From NCBI RefSeq assembly GCF_016433145.1, contig NC_058135.1, positions 221,446,734 to 221,502,608 of the forward strand: DNA of 55,875 nucleotides. The letters are read 5' to 3'. This DNA is from Gracilinanus agilis (taxonomy: Eukaryota). Positions 1 through 12,312 of this stretch are shown piece after piece. A model generated the notes under the pieces. It ran no database searches. It was not told the origin of the DNA and saw nothing but the letters and a program-made list of their open reading frames with translations. The first letter of the stretch is position 1, and every line of letters begins with the position of its first letter. The translations under genes were made by a program, and so were the position numbers.

Positions 1-76
1 AGGAATGGGAGAGGGAGAAGGAGAGAGAAAGAGACAGACAGAGAGACAGACAGAGACAGAGACAGAGAGAGAGAGG
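1..76. repeat. GA/GACA purine-rich microsatellite
   Basis: Directly visible (GA)n/(GACA)n run; a similar run lies at about 862-920. Confidence 0.9.
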
Positions 77-120
77 GAATATGAATGTCTAGTGTAGGTA
101 GGGCTCTTTCCCTTACTTTT

Positions 121-274
121 TTTTTTAACCCTTACCTTCTGTCTTGGAATTATGTATCGGTTCTGAGCCAAAAGAGTGGTAAGAGTGGTAAGGGCTAGGC
201 AATTGGGGTTAAGTGACTTGCCCAGGGTCACATAGCTAGGAAGCATCTGAAGCCAGATTTGAACTTAGACCCTC
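121..274 (-). mobile_element. 5'-truncated SINE1_Mdo-type CORE-SINE
   Basis: Poly-T, then aacccttaccttctgtcttgg...aagtgacttgcccagggtcac. 15-bp TSD ctttcccttactttt at 106-120 and 275-289. Confidence 0.9.
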
Positions 275-1399
275 CTTTCCCTTACTTTTCAATTATAAAA
301 GCCTCTTGGAAACTGGGCATTTTCCCCCAGAGTCCCTCTCCCAAGTTCCTAACCCTATAAATACCACCCAAAAAATATTCTTCCTGGCTTTGAAAGTGAG
401 GTAAAGTCACTCCATGGCCCAGGCCCCAGGTCTGGTAGACCTAAGATTGACTGATTTCGGATTTTAGGATTATTGATCTGGAACTAGAAGGAGCTCAAGA
501 GGCATCTAGTCCAATACACTCTACTTTTTTTTTTTTTTTTAACAGATGAGAAAGCTGAGACTCAGGCAAGGTGAAGTGACTTGCCCAAGGTCACACATGC
601 AGGGAGAGAGTGGAATCTCTAGCTCCACAACCAGTGCTCCTTCTCCTGGGCCATACTGGCTTCTGAGCAAACATGGAAAGCTGAGACCTGACTCCACCCA
701 CCCAAGAAATCCTCCCCAAATGGATTATTTTATGGAGTAGAGATGGCATCACAACCTACCAACAGAGGAAATGGAATTACAATAGCTAAGGATAGGAAAG
801 CTGCTGAGGTGTCCCCAAAGTCTAAGAGGATAGGTGAGAGAGGGATGTGTGGAAGAAGGGAGGAAGGAAGAGGGAGAGGAGAGAGACAGAGACAAAGAGA
901 GACAAGAGACAGAGAGAGGGAAAGATCTATGTGCCCAGGGTTCCATCCCACCCAAGAAATCCTCCTAGCACTCTATCCACTGTGCTACCAGCCGCCCAAT
1001 TTTGTATTTATTTCCCCTTGGGCAGTCCAGGTAACTTCTCTGAACCTCAGTTTCATCCTCTATAAAATGAGAGAGTTAGACTAGGTGACTTCTACAGTCC
1101 CTTCAGCCCATAAGTAATGACGATGCTATCAAATACCCAAGAGAGAAACTTATTACTGGAGGAGCCGGAGAGCCACCTTCTCGGCTGGAACTAGTAAGGG
1201 TCAGAAAGCTGAGGGAGGATGCGGCTGCATAGATCCTGGGGGGCTGAGTGCTCTCTAATGAGAGCTGGGCAGTAGGCAGAGAATGAAATCTTAGACTAGA
1301 GTTGCACCATCAAAAGAACACGGAGCCCTTTCAGGTGGTCCAGCAAAGCTTGGAGTCAGGGCTAGCAAAAGCTTGACTGGCAGGGACATGGGTTTTTTT

Positions 1400-1790
1400 C
1401 CAGCTAATAAACAAACATTTATTAGGCATTTACTAGGTGCCAGGTAGTGTGCTAAGACCTGGGCATGGCAAAATAAAGGCAAAAGCAGTTCTTGCCTCGA
1501 CAGAGCACACATTCTAATAAGGTAACATGCAAAAATGTATATATAAGACTTACGTAGGATAACTGGAAAGCAGTCTTAGAAGGAAGGCATTAGCAGGAGA
1601 AGAGATGGTGGAGAGGGGGTGGGGAGGGGAGGGAGAGGGGGTGGGACAGGACAGGGAAAGGCTTGCCCCCACCAGAATCCAAGAAAGCCAGGAGGCAGAA
1701 ATTTTTTAAAAAGAGCTTTCTAGGCACTGGGGACAACCAAGGGAAAGGCACACAGTCAGGAGGTGGAAGGACAAAGACATCTGACTGGAC
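1400..1790 (-). mobile_element. L2 LINE 3' fragment
   Basis: caaacatttattaggcatttactaggtgccagg is the antisense L2 terminus, followed by L2-like purine-rich sequence. Confidence 0.65.
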
Positions 1791-2699
1791 TTTGGGGATG
1801 GTCTTTTCCTGGATGAGGGGTGAGTCCCCAAACAAGGTGGGGAGGTCACTTCCCTGACCAGAGAGCCAGCTGAGCTCTGCTCCAGGAGGTCCTGGCTCTA
1901 ATGCTTGCCAGCCAGCATCAGACCTTCCATCATTGCCCAACTTTTGAGAAGAGACCCAAACCAATGAAAGTGGACACAATGGAGCCTGTAAAAGGATGTC
2001 ATCATCTGGGGAGTTCCAAAAGACACGAGCATTCCTCTTCCTAGGGGATGTCCCAGTGTCCCAGGAAATAGAGAATCTTGCTCAGCCAGCCCTAGGTATA
2101 TTTGTTTAGTAAAACAACAACAAAAATAATAATAATAAAAGCCCAACCCATTTTCTACTCCATGAAGGGAGTGAGGATGAACAAATGAGGGGAATGCCAG
2201 TCAGGGTGATATGCAGGAGGAAGTTAAGGTGCTCTGAGACTTCTCTAGGAGCCATGAAGGCTTGGCAAGTATCCTAAACCTCTGGCAATACTGATCATTA
2301 GATTAGCACCTCAGCCAGGGTAATGCAGCTGATGCTATGATTCAAAGAAATAGACGGAATGGTGGAATCACAGGCAGACTGGCAGACAGACTTCTGGGAG
2401 AGAGCCTTGCTAGCTTCCATACACCTCCATGGCCACCACCAAATTGCCCTGGGGTATGCCCACTTACTTCAGCTGGTCCATGATCTGCCTGGTACATATG
2501 GTTAAACAACAGTCCAAGTGTTTAGGATATTTTGAAGATTCCTCCATCCACATCCTCATCCACAGGCTTTATTTTTGAAATAGAAGACAGGAGGCTCCAC
2601 CTCCGTCTGGAGAACCTTCAGGCTGTCTTCTGGCTCTGCTGTATTGGAATTTGTGGAATCAATCCCATGACAGTTGGATGAGTTCTGATTGTTAATTTG

Positions 2700-3140
2700 A
2701 TTCAAGTCAACAAACTTTTATTAAATTCCTACTGTGAGTAAAGCTTGTGCTTGACACAAAAGATATTGAGAAGAAAAATAATATTGTGTCTTCCCTAAAA
2801 GAACTTATTAGTCTAATGGGGGAAATCTAACTATATATACAAAAATACTTTACCACAAGGTTAAGTATGAGGGTAGAAAAATAAGGATCCAAAGTGCTCC
2901 AGGAAAATATGAGGGAGAGATTGCCATCAACTGGGAAGAAGGGATGGAAGTGAAGAAGGAGGTGATAAAAAGCCTCCTTCAAGGATGGAGCACCAGACCT
3001 GGACCTTGAAAAAAGAGAAGGATTTCCATAAACCAAGATAAGAGGAAGGGCATTCCAGGCTTTGGGGATAATCTGTGAAAACCCAGGAAGGTGGGAGAAA
3101 ACAGGAAAGGGGAAGGCAACAGCTAGTTGTCAAGGTTAGA
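2700..3140 (-). mobile_element. L2 LINE 3' fragment
   Basis: tcaacaaacttttattaaattcctactgtg antisense L2 end plus downstream L2-like segment. Confidence 0.65.
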
Positions 3141-3589
3141 AAGTTCTTTCTACCAAGATAAAAATCTGCCTTTGGTTTGTTTGTTTGTTTTTCCTGCTGC
3201 TCCTAATTCTTCCCTCTGGGGCCAAGAGGAACATGACTAATCCATCATCCATATGAGTTGCAAACCACTTGCCAGTTTCGAATTTTTGTCTGTGCTCTGC
3301 TTGGTGCTAGTTCTAAAGAGATGAAAAACCTAGTCCTTTACACTTAAGGCGTTTGAATTCTACTGGGAGAGTGTTTAATATTTGGAAATAACAATGATGT
3401 GAGGCAGACACTGATTAAGTAGATTGGAGTGGGTCAAAAAGAGTGATCTGTGGGGCTCAAGGAAGGAAAGTTATTTTAAGAGAGAAGTTCTTCCCCCTTT
3501 GCGTCCATCCTGCTACTGACTGTGCTGCAGGGGAAAACAGAACCACACCCTACCCTTAGGGAGCTCTTAGTCTGGTAGAGGAGATAAAG

Positions 3590-5862
3590 ATCAAACTGAA
3601 GATTTCTAGGAAGATGGAAACAGAAGAGGTGACAAAGGAGCCTAAACTCCCCAAAAAGTGAGGGACAGGAGAAAAAGAAAAGGAGGAAAAAAGAAGAAAA
3701 ACCTACTCAAAAACCTCAAAAGAAGTTTTATGGGGGGGGGGGAACCCTATAAAACAAACCAACAAAAATTTTGCCACAATGGAAAAAATATGATGGAATA
3801 AAAGAAACCAAGGCAATAAAGGCTAGAAAAAAATCACATTGAAATGAACATCCACAGAAGTATCAGAAACAAACCTTGATTTCTCTCAAGAACAATAAGA
3901 TGAATTAAGAAGTACACTGAAGGAATCAAATGAAGAAATGAGATTAGCATAAATATTAGTAGATGAAGCAAAGGAGGAACTGAGATAACTAGAAACCTCA
4001 GAACAGATAAAGATAAAACAAAAATTTAGAAATCTAGATAGATAGAACAGATCAACAGATTATGAAAAACAGAATTGTTTTACTAGAAGATAGAATGACA
4101 GAAACAATAGAGGGAAACAAAAAAGATCCCAGAAACTTACCCTGCTATAAAAAAAAATGTAATCTACAAAAAGAAAAGTGACATATATGAAAGAGAGAGA
4201 AGATAAAATCAAGGCTTACTAAAAATTGTTAGAAGAAACTAATCTGATCGTGACATTTCAGGAAATCATGCAAGAAATTCCCAGAAATGTTGAGGAGGTG
4301 GGACATACTGCAAACCAAAAGAATTCACAGGGTGGCAATGTTAAAAATTCAACTCACTCAGATATATAAGATTATAGATTTAGAGACAGAATAAATATTA
4401 ACGGCCATATAGTCCCACCCTCTCATTTTACAGATGAGGAAACAAAGGCTCCAAGAAGTTAAATGATTTGCCCAGAGTCTTATTTCAAAACGTTAATGAT
4501 GGAGGCAGTAGACTGAGACCCAGGCCTAGAGACAGGAGATGCTGAATTCAAACCTGACCTCAGATACTTCTTAGTTGTGTGACCCTGGGCAAGTCACTTA
4601 ACCCTGTTGCCAAATCTTTACCATCAATACACAGTATTGATTCTAAGACAGAAGATAAAGGTTTAAAAAATATCATAATGACAAGGAAATAATTTTGACA
4701 GACTTCAAGAAGAAAGCTGTTCTTTATTAAAATTGTAAAAAATTCTCCTACAAAACAGAAAATTGAGAGAAGAAACTGGAATATGATATATAGAAAGTGA
4801 CAAAATCACCAAAGCTAAGCAGTCTTTTCAAGTACAAAAGATCGACCTTTACTAACCTACTCGAATCTGAAGAATTTATAAGGGGAGGGTCCATCTTAAG
4901 ACAACTTTTGACAGACAAGACCAATGAGAACACAAAGCCTGGGTCCTGTAGAAGGGCTAGCAGCACGAGGAGAAAGAAAAGGCAGGTCCAAAGCTGGTCC
5001 TACTCCACCATGTCTAAGAGCTTCTGCCCGTGAGGACAACTCTTGGAGAATATGGCTCTTCTCCGTTGGGTCCATCTTGACTATTTCCCAACAAGTTTTG
5101 GTGCACTGACCACATCCTGGGTCACATCCTGCACCGAAATGCGTGAAATCTTCACAGACCGAAAGCAGCAGCTCTCATCCAGTCTGGTCACACAGCCAAG
5201 CAGCCTGGGAATGGGAAAATGAGGTCAAGCTGACCAAGCTCCATCAGAGCCAAACTGAACTCCAGGCTGAAAACCTTCACAGCACATCCACCTCTCTGCT
5301 CCCAAATCTAGTGAGGCCAACTCCACAGTAAAGGATAGGAGTTGTGATGAAACGCGTGGCAGGGTCAACCTAGGGGGCTGGTCACTCCAGCCCATGGGCG
5401 GCAGCAGCTGTGTGAGCAAGCGAGCTCTCCACTTGACTTCGGGACAACGGAGTCTTGGGTCAGTCTGTGATTTGGCTTTTAGGTCATCCAGTGTACTAAT
5501 TGGCTTTGTTGTCTTGTTTTTACTGGTGGACCTTTCACCTCCAACAGTGTCTTACGTCTAGATTAGAGAGAGTCGGGGCGAACGACAGAGCCATAAGGAC
5601 AAAAGGGAAGAAGCAAAGTCTTCTCTTGTCTTCTTTGGACTGCCAAGCAAGGAACAAAGGCCCTGCTCAGGTTTCCAAGTATTAAGAAAGCTTGTTTCAC
5701 ATACATTTTTGGACAAGGCCAATATGGGGATTTGTCTACACTTATTTACTACTAGGATTTTGTTTTTCTTTCTTTCTCTTTCCAGTGAAGGGAGGTGAGA
5801 AAGAGAAAATATATGCTTGATAACTGAAAAATAAAGTAAAATTTAATTAAAAAAAAAAAAAA
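3590..5862 (+). mobile_element. Degraded L1 ORF1-only element (HAL1-like) with L1-type 3' end and poly-A
   Basis: ORF1-like peptides FQEIMQEIP (about 4257), RNWNMIYRK (about 4770) and PKLSSLFKYKRSTFTNLLESEEFI (4809-4880). About 0.75 kb with no ORF2 similarity follows, then a marsupial L1-type 3' UTR, AATAAA and an A-tail. Interrupted by a MIR and a SINE at about 4400-4670. Confidence 0.6.
4510..4670 (+). mobile_element. SINE1_Mdo-type SINE nested in the L1/HAL1 relic
   Basis: caggcctagagacaggagatgctgaattcaaacctgacctcagatac...gtgaccctgggcaagtcacttaacc...aaggtttaaaaaa. Confidence 0.85.
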
Positions 5863-6259
5863 GAAAGCTGGTCTTATCTTCTTTCTAGTCTTCCTCCTTT
5901 TACCTCAACTAAGTTTTCCATTTCAGGAAAACTTCTGAGCCTAAAAGCCAGCTTAAAATAAAAACTTAATGTTCATTTTCTATTCCTTTGTCAACTCAGG
6001 AGCTCCATGGAAAGGGCAGAATATCTGGCTTCTTCTGGCTTCAAAATTGAGGATTATGTTTTTTAAAGGAAAATTTAAATAAAATCTGTTTATTTAACTA
6101 AGATAAATAAAAATAGAAACAAAAAGGTAAGCATGACCTTATCATTATAACATTAATTGCCTGACATGACATTATGACATTAACATCTGACCCAGGAGAG
6201 AGAGCAGGAAATTCAGGTTTTGCAGATCTAGAACTAGAGACTTTATAGGTTATCTTGTT

Positions 6260-6461
6260 CAGTGGTATCAAATTTAAAAAGGAACAGAGGCCGCTATACA
6301 TAAGAATCCCTCTAGGCACATGTTGACTTGGAAAACCATATATGAACATTATCCGTGTTTTATTATGTTTCTTTTTAATTTTGATAAATATTTCCTGGTT
6401 ACATTTTAAGGTGGTTCTGGCAGCAGTTAGGAGTGGCTGTGTGTTTAGTGCCTGTGGTTTG
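6260..6461. mobile_element. Old hAT-Charlie-type MITE inserted in a MIR
   Basis: Begins cagtggtatcaaa with an AT-rich MITE-like interior. Degenerate right end and degenerate TSD (atcttgtt / atctggtc). Confidence 0.5.
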
Positions 6462-7194
6462 ATCTGGTCCATTTCAGTCTTTTTTTTAGCATTTAGTCCA
6501 TCTAGTCCTCTTCATTTTACCGACGAGGTCAAAAGACACAGGCGATAAGTGGCAGAGTCAGGAACCACATCCCGGTCCACACTGCCAGCACCCAGGACAA
6601 AGATAAAAAGGAAATCACCTTTGCTCCCCTGAAGAAGCTACAGTTCTCTTAGAATGGGCAAGCTTGGAAGCCTAGACAGTAAGACTTCTTTCAGAGGTTA
6701 GAAATGTATTGAGAGGCCATGTGAGAAGTTATCAGTGGTTCTCATATAAAGTAAAAGAAAACTATTGATTCTTATTGCACAGTCTTTAGAAAGGACTACA
6801 CTATGCTAATATTCTCAACACACTGATTCTTCTACTTAGGAAGAGAATCAACCCAGTTGGGAGCTACACCAGCAGTTTCAGTGTGGACAGTGAGTAATAT
6901 TCCACCCAGTGGTCCAGTCCATCACTTAGTCTTCCTTCTCCAGGAAGAAAGGATGCTCTCAATGGCTCCGGTAATCCAGAGTGGCCCACAACCTCACCTC
7001 TCTGCCTGCCCATGATGCTCCCACCTCTATTTCCAGTCGAGAGGGTGTAATGGGAGAATCCCCCGACTTACTCAGATGGTTTCAGTACGAGACCAGGCTC
7101 TGCTCCTTATAACATGGCCTCAAAAAAGCCACTTTACCTTCCTCATTCGTAAAGTAAAAGAGCTGGACTAAAGGAAAAGAGGACTAAAAGACCT

Positions 7195-7365
7195 CAGAGG
7201 CAGTTCTTTGCCATTTTTTGCATGGCAATCCATTGGGCCCCTTCTCTGAATGTTTTTAAATTTTTAAAAAATACATAAGATTAGAAGCAAATCAATTATA
7301 GAGAAATGAGATCATCCAAGCATTTTTTTTTAAGTTCATAGAACCCAAGTGAAGAACTCTTACCC
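7195..7365. mobile_element. Ancient hAT-Charlie MITE (Charlie4z-like)
   Basis: gggccccttctctgaatgtttttaaa...aagttcatagaacccaagtgaagaactc. Opposite-orientation copy at about 48403-48571. Confidence 0.55.
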
Positions 7366-8519
7366 TATGATCAGCCAGGTCTCTCTTTCTCTGCCTTAGG
7401 CAGAGTCTGCCCCAGGGGCAGTCACAAGAGCCCAGAAGAAGAAATCCTTTCCAGTGGAGAAGGGAAAGAGAGATGAAGGCAAATCAGAACCTGAGCAGAT
7501 GCTAACTACAAGGCCAGTGTTTCTTCACAGCTCCAGAATCCAAGGTAATGTGTTATTTAAAATTACTGGTGTTCCATTAGAAGTATTAAGCCTCAAGATA
7601 TATAGTATTTTACAAACTTCCTGTGGACATGTGGGGGACTTTGAAACTACATTTTCCATGATCCAACGGGTTTCCTGTTTTGGATGACGTCTTCAAGGCA
7701 AAGCCTGCCAGCTTTAAATATTGGGAAGTGGCATTTTGACTTGCTCTTTTTGTTACCTGTGCAGGCTCCCGGGGGATGGAGAGGATTAAGGAAGGTAGGA
7801 AATGTAAAATGACGGAGGCGGCAATTTGAACTTTTTATAGGCGTGTGGTTGATTTATTCTATCAACATGGGCCTAAATAAAATATTAGTTTTCCTCATAA
7901 TATCAGCCTTCATCATTTTTAAAAATAACAGTAAGAAGCTGGAAAGTAGCTGCAAGAGCAGAGACTCAGGCTGGGAAATATAAGGAAAATGCATAGCAGA
8001 GAGTGTCCGGAACTGATCAATTTCTGACTCACCAGCTCTCTCCAGTGGCTGCTCCTCTTCTGGGTGGGTTTGGTCCTTCACCCTCACACAAATCAAAAGA
8101 TCCAGAAAAATCTGCCTTATGCAGCCTCCCCCTTCTTCCAGGGGGTCCCAGGAAGTCTTAGCAATTTGGGAAAGTCAAACAGATTTCGAAAAAGGAGACA
8201 CTCCTAAATATTTAACTCATCCAGAAGAAGGCACCTTCTTGCCCTTCTTCCATTCTTCTCCCACCTGACTGCCTGGGTATTTTCCCTTCCTAGATGGTGC
8301 CTCCTCCCTACCTCTGCCTCCTGGCCTCCTTCACATCTCAGGCAAAATCCCTCCTTCTTCTGCAAGAAGCCTTTCCTGGTTCTGGGTGGCCTCAGTGCTA
8401 ATGGCTTCCTCCTTAGATCGCCTGCAGTTTTTTCCATCAGGGACATAGTTGGACATAGTTTGCATATTGTCTGCCCCGTTCAGCTGCTCCCTGAGAGCAA
8501 GGACTGTTTTTTACCTTTT

Positions 8520-8640
8520 TGTTTGGCTTGTTTAGTTGTTTTCAGTCCTGTTTGATTCTTCGTGACCCCCTCCTGGCGTTTTCGTAGCAAAGATATTGCT
8601 GTGGTTGGCCATTTCCTTCTGCAGTTCATTTTATAGGTGA
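8520..8640 (-). mobile_element. MAR1-type SINE 3' fragment
   Basis: ttgtttttcagtcctgtttgattcttcgtgaccccc...ggccatttccttctgcagttcatttta. Confidence 0.7.
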
Positions 8641-8739
8641 CTAAGAAATGGTTGTTGACTGACTTTACTCATGTAAATCTGATCTGGTATGAAATGTCTG
8701 AGGTTTGGGAGAACCATAATAACAATAGCTAATATTTAT

Positions 8740-8904
8740 TTATTTTTAAACCCTTGCTTTCTGTTCCAAGGCAGACAAGCAGGAAGGGCTGGGCAATGGG
8801 GATTAAGTGACTTGCCCAGGGTCACAGAGTGAGGAAGTGTCTGAGGCCAGATTTAAACCAGGACCTCCTGTCTCCAGGCCTGTCTCTTTATCCACTGAGG
8901 CATC
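8740..8904 (-). mobile_element. SINE1_Mdo-type SINE in a MIR
   Basis: TSD atagctaata(t/c)ttat at 8725-8739 and 8905-8919 (14/15 identical). Confidence 0.85.
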
Positions 8905-10232
8905 ATAGCTAATACTTATAAAGCACCAAATATATGCCAGGCACTGTGCTAAATCCTTTACAAATATTACCTCATTGGATCCTCACAACAACCCTGGGAG
9001 GTAAGTGGTATTATTACCCCCATTTTAAAGTTAGGGAAACTGAGGCAGAGAGATGCCATGACCTGTTCAGGGTAACACAGCTAGTGTCACAAAGTGGTAG
9101 AAGCAGCAAGGGAAAGATACAATTAAGGTCACCAGGCGTGGTGGTTTTCATACTACATCTCCCATAGAGAGGCTGCTCCTTGGCGTTCAAACACCTCAAC
9201 TCACTAGTTCTCCGTCATGCCTTCAAATTAACACAGGAGACAACCCGAGTGTGATCTCCTCCACCCTGGGGCAGCTTGCTGGCATCTTTAAAGGAAGGCA
9301 TCCAGGTCCCCACCCCCACCCCACTCTACACAGGCATCGTTGGCCAGTAGCTTGGGTCTCGCCCCAAGGAAGGCAAGAACTGTGAATTTTGTTCTCCTTT
9401 CTAATGTCCCAGGAAGGAAGGTTCCAGGGACTAGCAAGGAGCCCTTGCTTTACATGCAGGAGACAGAAAAGCTTCTGGCATTTTCCAGAAACGGAAAGGG
9501 GAACATATCTAGAACAGAGGCAGCCTGCTGCTAACCTGAGCCTCTGAAAACTGGGGTGGTTTGGATGACCAGAGCAGACATTTCAAGGAGGCTTGTGGAC
9601 ATGTTTGATTAGAAGGAAAGAGGGAGATAGTAATCTGTGGCATGCAGAAGCAGGAGGAGAACAAGATCTAGAAAACTAGGAAACAGGCTGGCAAAGCCCT
9701 TTCTTCCTCAATTATTGGAAGAGAGGAACTCTTCCCTCTTCCCTCTCTTCCCTCTCATTTCTCCTTGAACATGAGCATAGACAGTCATCATTCATACAAA
9801 GTTCAATTAGACACTGATGATCCTGGAGAGCCATTAGCCTAAAAATAAATATCACCAACCTACCAGACAATTGTTTCACATGGAGAATGGGAGCTTTAAT
9901 ACAAAATCCCTACCATCCATCCACACAGCAAGCATGAACACAATAGGCAAAGGAAAGAGGATTCTATCTCTCCTGAAGGATCCAGAGAGGCCTTTCAGAG
10001 GTCAGTCCCAGGAAAATCCTCAACCTTTATGGAGGAAAAAACTGAAGCCCAGAGAGGCCTGCCCAAGGTTACCCACCGAGGAAATCAATGGTAAGATGAT
10101 TCCCCAGCTCACACTCACACTAGCAGGCCGGGTCCCCAAAAGGGAGTTGATGACTGTCCTCAGTGTTCTAGGGGTGATCTTGAATTAGAAGGTTGTGTCT
10201 TCTAAAGGTATTGCTTATGGGCTCCCATTGGA

Positions 10233-11565
10233 TGTAGTCCCTACCCCAATATCAAAGTCAACCAATTGACATCAATCAATTAGCTTTTACAAAAGGATAT
10301 TTACTGAGAAGTCCTAGGAAGAAGTTATAAAAACGTGGCCCCAAATGGGGTGGGGGCCTCCTCCTCTCCCCACATAGTTCACTGGGCAAGAGGGCTCAAA
10401 AGTTTGTGTCATTGAAAAGGAAAGGTGACCCAGGACAATTCTGAGGGGCTTATGAGAAAGAACACTACCCACATTCAGAGGAAGAACTGTGGGAGTGGAA
10501 ATACAGAAGAAAAACAACTGCTTGAACTCATTGGTTGATGGGACATGACTGGGGATGTAGACTCGAAACTACCACACCAAAGCAACTATCAACAATTTGG
10601 AAATAGGTCTTGATCGCTGGCACATGTTAAAACCTGTGGAAATGTGCGTTGGCTGGGGGGGGGGGGGGGAAGAGGAGGTCAAGGGAGGAAGGGGAAAGTA
10701 AGAACATGAATCATGTAACCATGATAACTTTTCTAAAAAATAAAAATTATTAAATAAAAAAAATTGCTGTTAAAAAAAAATAAAAGGAAAGGTGATGGGT
10801 GAGGGATACATGAAACCTAGAAGTGACCTCATTACTCCTGCCTCTAAGATTTATCTTCTGCCTTCAGAGCTTCTCCATCAATTTTCCTTCTGAGTAGGGT
10901 GTCTTGATCAATGAGCTGCTCCCTTCTTTCACTAGGCTGGCTCCTTCCCAGGCACAACTTCCCAAATGATGGCTCCATGCCCTACTGGGCTGACTCAAGG
11001 AGGTCCCTCCACTGCTGGGCTGGTTCAAGGTAGTCCTTCCGCTGCTGGGTTGAACTGAGTCAAGGGGGTCTCTCCGCTGCTGGGCTGGCTCCTCGCCTAC
11101 CGGGATGCTGCTGCTGCCAACTCCAGTGGTCTCTGAGAGCTTCGGGATAGCTGGTGGCCCTTCTGACCATCTCCAATTCAATTCCGTCTTCAAATACTCC
11201 TTAAGCGAAGATCAGAAACACAAAACTCCACCTCCGTCTCCTCCGTAGGCTCAGATCAGGGAAGAATAGACAGAAAGGAGAGAGAGAGGCACCATCTCTT
11301 CCGAGGTAACGTGGGGGCGGTTAGACGGGGGCAGACGCGCCCCCTTAGGGAGCCCAGAGCCGTCGTCCTTGCTTCAAAGCTTCCAGGGAAGGCGGCCACC
11401 TCTCTCTGCTCAAACCTCTCTCTGCATGCTCCGCTCCGTTTCTGCTTCGCTTCCCCCGCTCCTCCGTGTCGTCCCAGTCCCGATGGTCTCACTGTCTCTC
11501 CGGGTATGAGACTGGAACGGCAGAGAATATTGGGGGTCCTCTGAAGGTGGGCGACCTGCTTAGCA
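10233..11565 (-). mobile_element. Probable LTR-like element (CpG-rich, internal 30-bp tandem repeat) interrupted by an L1 3' end
   Basis: TG...CA ends, mirrored ccccaatat / atattgggg near both ends, 30-bp repeats at 10985-11092. No clean TSD, so boundaries and strand are tentative. Confidence 0.4.
10429..10781 (+). mobile_element. 5'-truncated L1 (Monodelphis-type 3' UTR)
   Basis: 14-bp TSD aaaaggaaaggtga at 10415-10428 and 10782-10795, G-rich 3' UTR tract and A-tail. Homologous to the minus-strand copy at 12.7-13.5 kb. Confidence 0.9.
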
Positions 11566-12060
11566 TCGAGGCCGGATGAAGAGGCTTAGATAGGACGGAT
11601 GAATGCGCGGGGTGTTTCCTTAGCCCCTAGCGCGGGTAGCAGTGGCCCGGGGGGCCGTCGGGGCCAAGGGAGTGGTGGAAGAGACCCTCCTTCCCCGGGG
11701 GAGTTGGGGGCCTTCTAGGACCTGCTCTCATGTCTTTATTTGGCCTGTCCAACCCCACCCAGTCTATTCCCTGTAGGCCCAGTAGGTGGCGCCTGGCTCC
11801 AGGACTCTAGAAGCCTCGAGGGCTCGAGCCCTACCCTAGGCTTATTTTTAATTCTAACTTGGAGAAGCCGGGCAGGGGCAACGCAAAGATGAAGGCAAGC
11901 GGCTTAAGTAGGAGCCCTGAAGCACCCCTCCAAGCTCCCCAGAGCCCTTCTCGTTGTCCCACGGCAGGGGCAGACGTGAGTTCTAGGTCATCTCCCATCC
12001 CTCAGTCTTTCCACAACCACGACCTTTCAGGGAGGCACCGGGATCTTTCAACCTGAAACG
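11270..12060. promoter_or_regulatory. CpG-rich island-like segment with a strong CTCF motif
   Basis: Dense CpGs by eye; CCAGTAGGTGGCGC at 11779-11792 fits the CTCF core. Confidence 0.55.
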
Positions 12061-12094
12061 TTCAGCAAGAGCTCCGACCTGGCAGTCAAGAGAT

Positions 12095-12312
12095 CCCGGG
12101 TTCTAGACCCTCATTCGGCTAACTAAACTCACTGTGCAACCTCGAGCAAATTCCTTTCTCTTTTCATTTCGGTTTCTTCTTTTTATAATAAAAGTAGTAG
12201 ACTAGTGGCTCTCTCATGCCCCTCCCAGCTCTGACATTCTCTGTCCCGAGATTCCTTCCAGTTCAGACGAGTTCTGCTCTGTTCTAAGGTCCTTTCCAGT
12301 TCTAAAATTGTA
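12095..12312 (+). mobile_element. MIR3-like SINE with about 3 tandem copies of its 3' tail
   Basis: MIR core followed by cccctcccagctctgacattct / ttccttccagttcag / ggtcctttccagttctaaaatt. Confidence 0.65.

Larger units (their letters stand above)
6840..9870 (+). other. Candidate spliced transcript 3' end (exons 6840-6889, 7400-7544, 7765-7794, 9413 to about 9870)
   Basis: Each exon has a pyrimidine tract plus AG, and the first three end in GT donors (gtgagt, gtaatg, gtagga). One frame stays open across all junctions to TAA 9532-9534; AATAAA at 9844-9849. No known protein recognised. Confidence 0.3.

Noticed and set aside
1724-1819. Phase-1 exon candidate that could splice to 6840
   Set aside because: It lies in L2-derived sequence and has a poor acceptor with nearby AGs.
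4710-5875. Apparent TSD aagaaagctg(t/g)tctt at 4710-4724 and 5861-5875
   Set aside because: ORF1 homology runs straight through the left copy, so it is probably a chance match.
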